Source of the DNA: Spongospora subterranea f. sp. subterranea
Lineage: Eukaryota
Direction of reading: 5' to 3'
Assembly (NCBI GenBank): GCA_049724395.1
Contig: JAUGWO010000140.1
Span: 124,001-188,000 of the forward strand
DNA length: 64,000 bases
Positions 1 through 14,671 of this stretch are shown here, piece after piece. Made by a program: the position numbers and the translations under genes. Position 1 is the first letter of the stretch. Every line of letters begins with the position of its first letter. The notes beneath the pieces are model-generated. The model was not told the DNA's origin, made no database searches, and saw nothing but the letters and a program-made list of their open reading frames with translations.

Positions 1-362
1 ATTTTCGTGATTGCGCATTTTGGCGATCGATAATGTTCAATACGAGTTGCAAGAAATCGAAGGTTTCCCTCTGCCCCTGAAAAGCGTTTCGATTTCAGTT
101 AACTATCCGAAAAGGATTGTTAGTTCGGCCTCATCTGTATCGACTGGAGTTTCACAGCGGCGTCGTAGATTCTGTGCTAATGCAGGTGCCGTATAGTTCG
201 CGTCGTGTTGAACGTGATCAAAAACTTGATATTTGTCTGGTTTGCGTTTTTCGGATTCCAGACAGATTATGGATGATTAAAACAGTTCGCTTAGACGCTC
301 TGTCACTCGCCATCGACACTCAGCACCGCCCGCAACGCTTTGAATTGAGATTGGAGATCTCC

Positions 363-396
363 CCAGCCGTCAATTCAACGTTGAATTGACGGCTGG
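363..396. repeat. Perfect 34-bp palindrome
   Basis: CCAGCCGTCAATTCAAC followed directly by its reverse complement GTTGAATTGACGGCTGG, no spacer. Confidence 0.95.
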
Positions 397-1057
397 AATA
401 ACTCATCGTACGAAATCACCGTTCATCATGTGGAATGGCGGAGTGGTGAAGTACAGGATCAACAACATTTGAGTTGACCCCCATTGTTCCTATCAGTCCA
501 TCGCCTGATGAATCAGGCTGGACGTGTATTCAGATCCATAACCTGGATGGGCATATTCTGCCTTTTCATCTCTGATGTTCCAGTCCTCATTATAAAGAGC
601 ATGTGTGATTTATTTCGTTTTTCATGGCGGAATCTGCCGCAGTAATCGGATCCCCTAAGTAGTTCATTGAGGAAATCAAATGCAACCAACACTGGTTCCC
701 AGATAGGGCTTAATCGATAATGATAGAATATTTGGTGTAGAAAGAGACGCTGGATCGTAGCGATGAATGATTTTATAGACCTCCATCGCTGATTTCCGTT
801 TCGGGTCGTGATTGGCGACGCAACGCAACCCTCATCCGCCAGACATGTTCTGATGGTGAGGATCGTGAAATCGGTTCACGACAGAATTACCATGGTGTAC
901 CTGATGATTAAAGGACCGGAAGATAACTGAATTGTTCATCAGAAAACCGCATTTGCGTCAAAAAATATTGGAAGGTGATGCAATGGAGGTCGAACGAATT
1001 GACGGGTACACGAGGGTCGATCTGTGAATCTGATTATCGCTCAGGTTTGATTCACAG

Positions 1058-3382
1058 ATGGATGGTCTATTTCTCGTGGATTTCGAACTGCGTGAGGAGA
1101 TCGGCGAGGAATGCAACGCCACCCAATCGGCGTCGTTGATGCTGTATTCGGGGATGGAAGCGCACGAGCTGCAGAACATGTTGGCGGCCGTGTTCGCCAT
1201 ACCGAATCCCACAGCCATTGCCGGTAAATTCGTGCACGATTCTCACGATCATCGTGTGCGACTCATCTGACATCGCTCCTCTGGACAGCTATTCAGGTTC
1301 AGCCCGAAGGCCACGTGATCCCGTTGTCGTTCCTAAGCCTGAACCCCTCCGCGTTTTCGTCATCGGACAAGTACCAGACGCTTCAGTTGCTGATCACGAG
1401 GGCGCCGCCTAGAACTGACCATCAATTATCGTTCACGAAGTTGGCCCGACCCCATGCCGGAGCCTCATTATCAGCCGACGCCGGATACGGGACGTATCAC
1501 GCAATCGGCAGCGACGGAATCGTCGCTGATGGCGTTCCTATCGAGTTTGGTCAGTTCACCCGTACCGTTGATCAACGCCGCCGAACAGATCGCGCTGAAA
1601 GCCAGAGTGGAATGCGACGATCGCGAGGTAAATGGCGCCATTTCCTCATTGGTTTCACCCCCATCAAAACAAAAAACGTCGTGACCAGATATTCAATTGG
1701 TACGACTCCTATCAACAAGAGGGGGATATGCTCCTGTTTGTGCGACGCCTTCTCATCGCCGCCCAGAATGACCTGTCGTCGTTGCCGCCCCCGTGTCTCG
1801 AGTTGACCTTGGCCCGTATCTGGATTCTGAAGGAGATGTCGCTGATCAGCCAAGAGGTGGGTCTTCCGTGATCGACCTGTAAAGGTTCTGAACGCCATCG
1901 GGTTCAGGAATGTTTGGCGTTGCAAGATCTAGCACGAGATCAGGATTCGTTGGTCGTCACTGTGTTCGCCATATATGGCGGAAACGATGTCGATGAAAGG
2001 GTTTTGGCAGCAAAGCTACTGGATGCAGCTGTGAGACTCTTCCCAATATAAAATGTTTTGTGATGAGAGCTGATGATCGATTTCTGCAGAGATCGTCGAA
2101 TTTGGTGGAAAGCGATTTCGAGCGAGACAGGCAACGATTACTGAAATTTCGCCTGCAGACGATTCGCGATCTGTTCGACGCAGAACTTCTTGACGATAGC
2201 GAAGCGGAGGCGATCGAGCTGGCCATCGCTCAAACGCATCCCGTGATTGAACAGGTCGGGCGCGTGTCGACAGCAGATCCGCCCGCGCGAGTTTGATTGA
2301 CAGATTCAAAACAGGCGTTCACTGAGTTCGCGTTAACTGGTGATTCGGGGAAGTTGGCCCAAACCATCACCGGCGATCTGAATCAAGGTAATGGAGTTGA
2401 GAATAAGGAGCGGGGGACTGATGATTTGTGGGTACTCGCAATGGCAGATAAGGTCGAGGACAGCGAGACGACGGATTGGTTGGTCGCTCGCCTGACAGAC
2501 ACGCATGGGTTATCGGATCATTGGGCCAGATCGCTCAAACAGCTCATAGGTGACAACAGCTTTGGGGGATCGCCCGATCTTCCATTGTGTAGGCGTCCAG
2601 GCTGGGAACTGATCTGTCGGTTGTGTCAGCTGAAGGAGACGAGGTGGTCATGGCCGCCATCGAAGCGTTCAATCACGACGGGGATTGGGCAGAATTGATT
2701 GAGACGCTCGATGCCGTGCTGATTCACAACTCTGCTGAGAGAAAGCATTCGATCAGGGCGGCGAATGATCAACTTCACGACAAGGTCATCTTTCGGAAAA
2801 ATCCCAGAAACTATGATTCGTTATCTGATTAATTGGCAGGTATCGCCACTAACCTCAAAAGAGCGCCGTCATCTGTGCCAGCTGACAGACGACCTGTACA
2901 AAGAGGCGCGAGTTGATGATTCCCATTGGGCGTCGTTGAAGGCGTTGGTTCTTCGTAAAGATCCGATCGCTGAGGCAGCGTATTCCGTATATGGGTACGC
3001 TAAATAGCGAAAAGAGGAAGTCGTTACAATGTTGAGAGTGATCGTTTTGTAGAATATGTAATGATTGGGAAGATTTCATCGATACCGCACAACGTTTGGC
3101 CTGTCGAACACACGCGAGACCATCACATGTCGGAAGAGGGCCAACATATGAACACATTCTCAACAAGTAAGAACAGCGATCCTATCACCCCTTCCAATGC
3201 TAACCGGATGGAATATCAGTCTGGTGTCCTCGGGAAAGATTGGCCCGGCAACAGCTGATAGGATAATGACGGCAGCCAAGGGCCAGGACGATAGCGTCAT
3301 GGCGATCATCGAGCAATACGATTCCGATGCGAATGTTCAAGAGCTAACCGATAACTTTGTTGAGATGGGCAAGTCAATATGA
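1058..3382 (+). CDS. Multi-exon hypothetical protein with about six copies of a helical repeat
   Basis: ORF fragments join through GT-AG introns (e.g. TAIA|AIQVQPEGHVIPLSFLSLNP). Recurrent motif: DEVVMAAIEAFNHDGDWAELIETL, DPIAEAAYSVYG..NDWEDFIDTA, DDSVMAIIEQYDSDANVQELTDNF. Stop at 3380-3382; start and one internal frame change uncertain. Confidence 0.6.
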
Positions 3383-3456
3383 TCAGTACCAATAATACTA
3401 TAGTACACATGTCTTTTAAGGGAATGGACGAGCGAGTGTAATGAATAAACATGAAT

Positions 3457-6400
3457 TCAGAATACAGTGCCATCACTGCGAATATGAATTGGAGGGGAAC
3501 CATCCTTTCGTTTCTGTGCAGCAATGATCCGCCCGGCTCGCCATGTGCCACCTTCCAACACTTTCGGGAGTGAGAGGGTTGATGCATCCAGCGACAGTTT
3601 CTATACGCGCGATATCACCAACTCCACCCCACTTCACGGGTACCACCAAATACCTTTCGTATGCCTTCGGCAACCATATCAATCAAGCAGATAGTGCATG
3701 CGCGCCACTCGACCACCAGTTCTGAACCAACATCGAAATAATTTCCAAGAGATGATGGATTTCGGGGTGTTAACACGCCAGTGTCGATGAATAATCCGCC
3801 ATTACGGTACTCGGCCAATCCAGTAACCAGATGCATGTCGTCAATCTATAAAAAGGTCGTGTTACAAAAATCATGAACTGCTGTGATACAACTTTCTTAT
3901 TTACCTGAATCCCGTTATCAATCAACGGTTCCATAATGGAAAGAAGTAGCCATTGAGACAATTTATGGAAGGGAACCAGATCGCTTCCCGGCTGACTCGT
4001 TTTCAAGGGATTATAAGACCATACGTCCCCACGGCGAACGCCAGACAACGTCGTTGGCCAAACCGGCTGCAATCCCTCAATGACGGCACGCCTAGTGTGG
4101 GTAAGTGACAGAAGAAACAAGGAACAAGAGACATTTACCAAAGAACACGAATTGAAACACGATTGTTTTCATTAACATGCCTACGAACATAATCGACAAT
4201 ATTCCCTGAATTGCACCTGCTTGTAAAACGGCATTGACCGACAGCCAATACAGTCGGTTACCTGGCCTGCAAATTTCAGACCCAAAAAATTCTGGCGACA
4301 TCTCGAGGGCGTCAGCAAGGCGATGCAATATACCAAGTCGGCCTTGAAAAAATTGAAAATCCACAAGCAACAAAAACATAGTATAATGAACCTTTGACAC
4401 CAACCAGAGGATTGGTTTTGGATACTTGAAACCCTTTCAGTATCATAGAAATATCAAAATTCTTCAATGCAAGCGAATTTACTCGATGGAAAACAGCCTA
4501 TATAAGTGTTAGCGATATATTAGTAGGACAAAATAGCGATGAAGTAAAACCTTGTCACTTGAAAATTCTCCAGCAGTAAACATATCAAGAACAGCAATCG
4601 CCAATCCTTCAGACCGGAACTGCACGGCCGAATTAAAAAAGCTTCACACCATGACATTGAGCTACGAGTTAATTACCCTAACGTTCCCATCAGCATCGAC
4701 ATATTTCCAATCATTGCCGGCACCGGCATCCAATAATGATGCCACAGTAACAAGGTCGACTAGTCGACGCGTTTTTTCCCATGGATCGCAAGGCCAACGA
4801 TCTAGAATTCAAACTAGTGATTGAGATTTTCAATAAATAGTTTGTTGCAATATTACTGCTCATTTGAGTCGCTAAATTCACGTTGTCGACGACAAAATGT
4901 CTCATACGGCCATGACAAGGAATGTCCAGTTTCGGGTATTGCTCCTTGATAGATGCCACGACAGCGTCTATTGCCTTTTGTAACGCTCCTAAAAACGAGA
5001 ACGACTAAGCTGACGGTACCGATATTGCCGCGTCCATACCTATATCAAGTGAGAAATGGACAAGCTCTCCTCGAAGTCCCAGATCAAATACCCTTTGACA
5101 GCGTTCCCGCACAGCTTCAAGTGTATGAATCTCTGCACTGATATCGACCTTACTGATCATATCGGTGTGATATCCCGCCGAGACTTTAGCCATAATTTCA
5201 ATCTGATACGAGTTATGAAAAAAAACAATTCAAAAGCGGTTTAGCGTACTTGCGCTGATTCTGGCACAAGATCGTCTGGAATTGAAATCCTCTGCATGAC
5301 CTCAATTCCAGCTGATCGAATTGCATCATATTTTTCGCTGGACATCGACAGCAGCCAATCAATGCGGGTAATTCCAAGCCATACCAATATGTCAGGCATA
5401 AGCTCTTGGAACCTTACAAACGGTCAAAAAGTGTAGATCGTTTGCAAATTGAAAACATACCTCGCATCGCGGACACCAGCTATCGATTCGGTTTGCATAA
5501 AGTAAGTTTCTGCACGGTCACCGCCATCTTGGCGCTTGCGAGCGTTATATACCCGAAATTTCGTACCTAAGCTGCTTCAAAAAGCCGACCTTTTTTGAGG
5601 ACAAATACTATCTTACACTCTCCTAGAGCACGGCCCTCTTTGCGAAAATAAGCAACAATTCCGACCCCTCCGCGTTGGGCACATTCGACGGCACCCTAAA
5701 ATATGTTGAGAAGCCGGTATATCGATGCAGAAACCGTCAATTTTTACCTGGATGGCGAAAATCAAATACGGCCTACACGTGCAAATGTCGGTGCCAAACA
5801 CATCACTTCCGTTACATTCATCATGGACGCGGACGGCAACCTGAAATCTATGATAAGCGAGGAAAATGGTCTAAGGAATCTGAATACCTCTGTACGCGGA
5901 TCCGCTAGCTTATTGAGATCACCAAAAAAATAAACAGTGACGCCGCCAATAGGAACCAGGTACGTTTTGAGCTGCACGATACCAGTTCAACGATAAAACT
6001 GGGGAGCCATGCATTTCAAATACGTACGCTTGTATCTTGGATATGCTCGCTTTGAGTATACCTATGCAACTTCTCCCGAATTGTAGCTTCGTCTAGATTC
6101 AGGCGCGCCGATATTCCAGGGATATTCCACACGTGATCAACGGCACACTTAATAATGTTGATACCACCATCATCGTTTACGACGACGCCATCTCGCGTTA
6201 ATCCTGATACTCTCCGTAAGCTACTTTGGTTTTACAGCCAGCTACAGCCGATCAATTGCACCTTTCAGCTCCTCCACATACATTGTCGCGGTGGTTGCAG
6301 CAATCGTCGGCCTTTGCGACCACATTCCCCAAGGGTCAATTGATACAATTTTTTCCCAGTTCTTTTGAACATTGGGATTCTTCAAATGGGCGTCCAATGA

Positions 6401-6723
6401 ATCAATATAGTATCTGGACGGTATGTTAAGCAAAGCAAACGGTTTCAGCTGATCTTACTCATCCTTAGTACGAGTCATATGGATTGCTGCTAAATCATTC
6501 CCAGATTTAGCTTCTGCCAAGGCATGGTAAGGAGAATTTGCGCCTCCAAAGAATCTAGAGCAATTCAAGGTTTAACATGGAACTTGAAGCTGAAAGCCTG
6601 ATAATAATAGTACCCAATAAAGCGCCCAGCCTGAAGGTCGGCATGAAGATCAGAGGCCGTAAAGGACGGGTCAAACAGCGAGTTCTTTTTGGTTTGAGAC
6701 ATTTCAAAGGCAATCGGCCTCAT
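3457..6723 (-). CDS. Fusion of Urc1/Urg1-type GTP cyclohydrolase II-like domain and Urc4/Urg3 (DUF1688) domain
   Basis: N-part: IVSIDPWG, RPTIA, PIGGVTVYFFGD, VRVHDECNGSDVFGTDICTCRPYL, YFRKEGRALGE, FQELMPD. It continues in one exon (AKVSAGYHTD...TLEAVRERCQRVF) into IPCHGRMRHF, LLDAGAGNDWKY, RSEGLAIA, FHKLSQWL, TGLAEYRNGGLFID, VVEWRA, VLEGGTWRAGR and terminal SDGTVF*. Confidence 0.88.
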
Positions 6724-7099
6724 TGAATTATGAATTATTAACCGCTATTAGCACCGGCTTAAAATGGTGCGCTCACTTACGGTACAGTGGGAGGTACTAA
6801 CGGATGACTGTGATAGAGCAGGATAGAGCGTCAGGCCCTCACACCGCCTCACTCTACCAGTGTACAGACAGATATTGTCCAGACTCTGTCGCCCAGATAT
6901 TGACCCTCACTGTGACGGACTGTAACCCACTGAGTCTGAGCATCTCCCCACCGGTTGGCTCGTCATTTCGGTAAATGTCCGGGAGTTACCGACGCCGTCA
7001 TTGTTTTGCCGAGACGGCACCCGCACCCCCGCACCGGTTGATCGGGGAAAGGTAAAATATCTGTCGTCATTCACGCAACTCAATGCTCGCATCCGGCAA

Positions 7100-8200
7100 C
7101 GAAGGTTAGAGCTAATTTCATCGGATACAGACGACCTGCTGGTCAGTGATGAAATCATATTCGATTCTGATTCGGAAATCGAAGGCGAGAGCGACCGTCC
7201 TGGCGGTTCTAAACTGGAAAGTTGTCGAATTACAACCGTCAGCGACAATTGTATGCAAAAATGCTGCACCACGAATTTCACTGAAAACCCCACCTATTCT
7301 GCTATGAAATTTTCGTCGCAGGTTCAGAATGCGAATAGCATTGTTTTTTAAGATTGTTGAGGATGTCGTCTCACATGATGAGTATTTCCGTCGAAAACGC
7401 GACTGTACTGGTCTATTGGGATTTACACTCATTCAGAAATGTCTGCTGCAGTTCGACTGCTGGCCTCTGGTGTATCAGCTGACGAAATGGACGACCGTAG
7501 CAGAATCAACCATGCTGGAAACCCTTCGTAGGCTGTAACGCTGTCAAAGAAATATGTGGTGAACGTCATCTAAACGAAACCGATTTGCAGCAGTTGCATG
7601 GAGCCATAGTATGGCCAGAAACGCTAGGGTCTATCGATTGTACCCACTGGTCGTGGAAAAACTGCCCTAAAACATGGGCTGGACAATATTCAGTGACAGC
7701 CGCATTGAAATAGTCATCCATAATATTGAGCTGAAATCAGGCAAACAAGGGCATGCGACAATCGTGTTGAAAGCCATCTACGATAAATTTGGGCGTATCT
7801 GGCATTGGTTCTTCGGATGCCGGGTGCAAACAACGATATCAATATATTGGAGAGTTCCACGCTCAAAACATTGATTGGGCAGGTCCTCGAGTGAAATATA
7901 CAGTAAAACGGCAATTTATACGAGATGGGATATTGGTTGGCGGATGGGATATATCCTGAATATGCTTGCTTTGTCAAAACGATCCCCTCGTCCGGTTGGA
8001 AAACAAGATAAAGGATTCTGTAAAACATTCAAAGACGACGGATAGACGTGGAAGGATGCTTTGGCATTTTACAGTGACGATGGCATATAAAAACCAATTC
8101 ATCCAAGCTATGGGATCCTTACTCCATAAATTGACAGCAGAAGACGAGCTAGATGTGGAAGGTCTAGTGCCCGAAAGCGGAGATGCTCCCGGATAACGGC
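7100..8200 (+). pseudogene. Harbinger DDE transposase, disrupted
   Basis: RKRDCTGLLGF, AESTMLE, LGSIDCTHWSWKNCPKTWAGQY, TIVLKAI..RIWHWFFG, GANNDINIL, MGYWLADGIYP spread over several frames with stops. Bounds approximate. Confidence 0.85.
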
Positions 8201-8209
8201 ATCATCGTT

Positions 8210-9244
8210 TCACCCGTTGGAGAAAGAGTTTTTGATCCGTTGCTGTTCGCAGGGCGATTCGTACGAAGTCTGCAAAATCAGCCTCCCCATCGTCAACTGC
8301 GAGCAAATCTGACTCAGCACATGTGGCACTTCTTCATGGTTTGAGTCAACCTTGAGGCGAGCCTCCAGAATCGTTTGCTCACGCTTCAGACTGCGAAACC
8401 ATTAAGCTTGTTAGCCAGCTAGAAAACTTTCGCCATGGAAAGAACTATGGCGTCCATTTCTTCGAGTACAGTAGCTCGTTTTTACGTGGCGACTCAGCTA
8501 GAGCTTTGTTGCTATGTTCCCGCTTGAGCTCAAAAGCTGCCTCAGCTATATTGAGTTTTTGCGGCTGCAAAACGTTGGCTTTCTTGTGTTGCCAGATGGG
8601 CGAACCTGTGTAGTTGGTGTACTTGACAGGTCACTGCCTTCCAAACCGACCTGGTTCGCTTTGACGTTGGCGTTCGACGATCGACGAACACCCTGTCCAT
8701 TTGGGCTTGTGCCATTGAACTGCCAACAAATGCAGCAGTTTGAATGGTCAGTTCCTTCCCAGTCGCTCGATATATTCCTCAATAAAAATAATTATTGGCT
8801 TCCATTGAAATATCTGATATTTGAATTCAGTTCAGTAGTGCATGCAGTCGGACTATGGATTCTTCACATGAATGATGGAATCAGTACAATCAGAATTTAT
8901 ATAAATTTCTTGGAGAAGAATCACAGTATATTTTCAAAGAAAAATCAAGATTATCATGTTCAGAAAAATCCAGATGACTCCACAGGTTTTGCTTTGTTGT
9001 ACGCTGCACAGAACTTGTTAACGGAAATCTGCAAATTATCCCGCCAAGGCATTTGAATGCTGGCAGCTTGACGACAGTGTTCGGCATGACCGTCATTCAC
9101 CATCGTTTTGTTAAACGCTGTGATTGTCTTTGCCCACAAAATCGCGCCAGGCATGGCGCAAGGCCACTTGGTCATCCTGGGTAAAGTTCTTCGAACGAAC
9201 CTTTACCACGCCGGATTCAGGGACGATGAGGTTCTAGTTCCATG
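8210..9244 (-). pseudogene. Harbinger second ORF (Myb/SANT-like), disrupted
   Basis: Fragments WRDNLQISVNKFCAAY..ESSG and PFKLLH..KPKW match the pattern of Harbinger DNA-binding ORFs. Bounds approximate. Confidence 0.6.
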
Positions 9245-9824
9245 ACGAATTGCTGTCAGATTGTGGTCCGGACCGACCGGTATATGCAGTATCTGGCAGC
9301 GCGGCCTTCGGCACGAGAGTTCACCGAACCTGGTGGTATCGAGCCGGTGAAGATGCTCCCATTAGCTCGCCGACAACCCCCTGTACTCACAGACGAGGCC
9401 CGGTCTGCGAGCGAGGGGAACCCGGGTCCAAAATCGTCGACTTTCGTGAATACGGCAATTTCGTTCCCCTCAAACACCATGGCAGATAAACAAGATCCCG
9501 AGTTGATCACCACACCCGGCCAGGGTAAGGTCGTTTTCGACGCCCTTCGACACAAATGCAGGCAAGGATTGTGTATCGCCATCTCGGCTACATGAGAATT
9601 ATTTATAATAATACTCGTGAGTACCGGTGCACATACTGTTAACGGGTCACCAGTTAGACTGCGGCCGCCCGCTTTCTCGGCGTAACATTGATAATAGACC
9701 GTTAATGCGCAGTCCGCAGTTTCACAATGCGCAAGGTATCTCCTGCGCACTGTGTACAGTACTCACAATTCGTCAATAAGACATTCGCTCATTGTCTTAT
9801 TTTGCCCGTCGAACTTCCATTAGC

Positions 9825-12227
<2,403 letters not shown>

Positions 12228-12667
12228 GGTTTTCCTATACTTATCCATCGTCGAGTTTATAAAATGCTATTAGTCCGATCAGTTCCTCCCCAATCTTGTG
12301 CGCTTTCAGTATGTTCCACAGACTCACGATTCGTGTAGCTTTATTCAGAGTCGTTCAAAGTTGGTGTTTCAATGACGTTCATGTGCCAAACCAATCCGTT
12401 CAGGCAGTGCAAAATCAAGCAGCTAACACCCTTCACTGTCGCTAGAACTGATATAACTCAGCTTGGACGAATCGACAGTTATGTACTTTTGCTAGGATGA
12501 AAAAAGTGGACATTATCAACGGTAACGAGATAACATTGAAAGAAAAATGGGCATTCAAAGCTTAAATGAAAGAAAGGCCAAACGGGCGTGGCTCTGGTTC
12601 ACTTGCAGCGAATTACAGAGCTTTTATGATCAATCCAATACAGTACTCAATTTGGCTTCAAAAGTTT

Positions 12668-13084
12668 TTATTTACGTATTTTCCTATCACGACAGTTGAA
12701 ATGCATAAACTCGGGTCTAGTATTAATCTCATCCAACGTCTTTGCGGCTTGGATCTGGACAGCATTGATCTGTTTGAATCGTCCGAATCGATAAACACTG
12801 CAGGATATGCAAACCGCTAGTGCTAGCCCACTTTCGGCGATGATCTGTTGGACCAAAATATCGATCAGAATTGACAGAGGATGTTTCTGCGATGGTTGGA
12901 CTGACATCCCAAGGAAGAGAAGTTGAGTTAGAATGTGATAATTTAACCCAGTGCTGATCTACGCGAACCATTCTCAGAGGTGACGATCGCTGGGAAATGG
13001 AACGACCCTACACTGAACCGCCGACAGGATCGCATGGAGCTGTATCAGGCCCGATACCCCCAATACGATCGACGACAGATCCAT
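12668..13084 (-). CDS. EMC5: ER membrane complex subunit 5 / MMgT family
   Basis: Three exons splice to MDLSSIVLGVSGLIQLHAILSAVQYQHW...SLPWDIIAESGLALAV...KTLDEINTRPEFMHFNCR..., matching the HA.YS / LP.DI..E / RP.F..FN.R pattern. Confidence 0.75.
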
Positions 13085-13706
13085 TCCCTGTAAATCGCTT
13101 TTGTTGCCGATCTGGCTCCTTGACAAACAGGAACGATTGGCGCTACGATTGGATTAATGAGGCTGCGCTATATGTAGCACCTTCCTGACCCACGGGGTCA
13201 ATACAATCTCCATTTGACAAACTTTACTCGGTAAATGATGAAAACACTACAGCTCCGGCCGTGATTTTCCATTCATAAAAATGCATTTTGCGCTTGTTGC
13301 GTCAAACTGTGCAGAGCAGCGGAAAGTAAAGTCAGTGATAGTTGGTCGCCGAACTGAGCCGTGTTTCATCGCAACGGACACATATACGAAGTTGAAAATC
13401 GACGATATTTCTCCGTCCTTTATCTGTCAAGACCACAGCAACATCACAGCCGTCATCGTTTTGTATGTTCCCCCCATTTCCCAGACGACGATCATGTTCT
13501 GCCCGATATTGTTGTACTGTCCCAGCAACAATTGTGCGCGACCGTCCCCACGGAATTTGCGACAGTGTCTCTGGTAACGTTTGTCGGCAAGCGTCGGTTA
13601 TCGCCAACTGCCCGACCCAACGGTAGTCTCATCGACTCACCTGACAGCCATCAACCAATAATTGACAGATATCGTCCTTGATATAATTGGGGCAGGGCAT
13701 CGGAAC

Positions 13707-14651
13707 ATGTCTCGCCTGCAGTTGCCGTCGTCATCGGGACTGCGCATGGACGGGCGCAAACCCGCCGAGTGTCGACGATTGTCGTTGAAGATGGGGGTCC
13801 TGCATCGGGCCGTCGACGGATCCGCTCAGTTTCAGATCGGGCAAACCATCGTGCTGGCTGCCGTATCGGGCCCACGAGAGGCGGATCGGTGGAGCGATAC
13901 CCGTCACGATCGGGCCATCGTCAACGTGGAGTTCTACGCGTCCAAATTTAGCGGGCCGGAAAGGCTGAAGTCATCCAAAGGTGTGGCGCCTAGTGGTTTC
14001 GAAGGGAAGGTTCTTCCCAACCTGGTGCTAATGCTGTGTTGTGTTGGGCATCAGGCGACTCCAGATCCGCCATCATCGAGGCGACCATCCGTCGGGTATT
14101 CGAGCCCATTATTTTAATGCAGTTGTTCCCAAGGTCCGAAGTCTCCATCACCGTTGAGCTGATCCAGAATGACGGCGGCGTATTGCCAGCGTGTATCAAC
14201 GCCATCACACTGGCGTTGATCAATGCCGGTGTACCCATCGAGGATTTCGCCTGTGCTTCATCAGCGGGCTACATCGATTCCGTCCCGGTTCTAGGTCGGT
14301 TCCAAATGGGGTTTCCTGCTGTGTCTTCCCCTACTGAATCTCATCGATAGACCTAAATTACGCCGAGCGATCTGTGAACGGTGTCGAGACCACGGTTGTC
14401 GTTTTGCCCGTATCGGGAAAGGTAAGAATCAATCCAACTCTCTAGCGCCATCGTTCAGATTTTCACTCCCCCCTCAGATATCTCTGGTTGAGATGGAGTC
14501 GACCTTGCCCGCCGACCAATTCGCCATGATCATGGAGGCCGCCGTTGATGGTTGCCATCAAATGCACAGGATCATGAAGAAACATATCAGGGAACACACA
14601 TTCCAGACGATCCAGTCCGACGACACCAATCGATCCACATTGTTGTTATAA
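13707..14651 (+). CDS. RRP41: Exosome RNase PH subunit Rrp41
   Basis: GLRMDGRKPAECR, DGSA, VLAAVSGPRE, FPRSEVSITVELIQNDGG, CINAITLALINAGVPI, LDLNYAE; three introns. Confidence 0.92.
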
Positions 14652-14671
14652 AATAATATATCAGACTTCCG

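Larger units (their letters stand above)
6938..9358. mobile_element. Degenerate PIF/Harbinger DNA transposon
   Basis: Imperfect TIRs: GAGCATCTCCCCACCGG (6938-6954) and CCGGTGAAGATGCTC (9344-9358). They enclose a + strand transposase and a convergent - strand Myb/SANT-like ORF. No clear TSD. Confidence 0.8.

Noticed and set aside
1058..3382. Pseudogene or viral relic suggested by fragmented ORFs
   Set aside because: Most breaks are explained by canonical GT-AG introns.
13140..13651. Small - strand gene upstream of EMC5 (ATGGCTGTCAG|GTGAGT)
   Set aside because: Splice-like signals exist, but I could not build a convincing reading frame.
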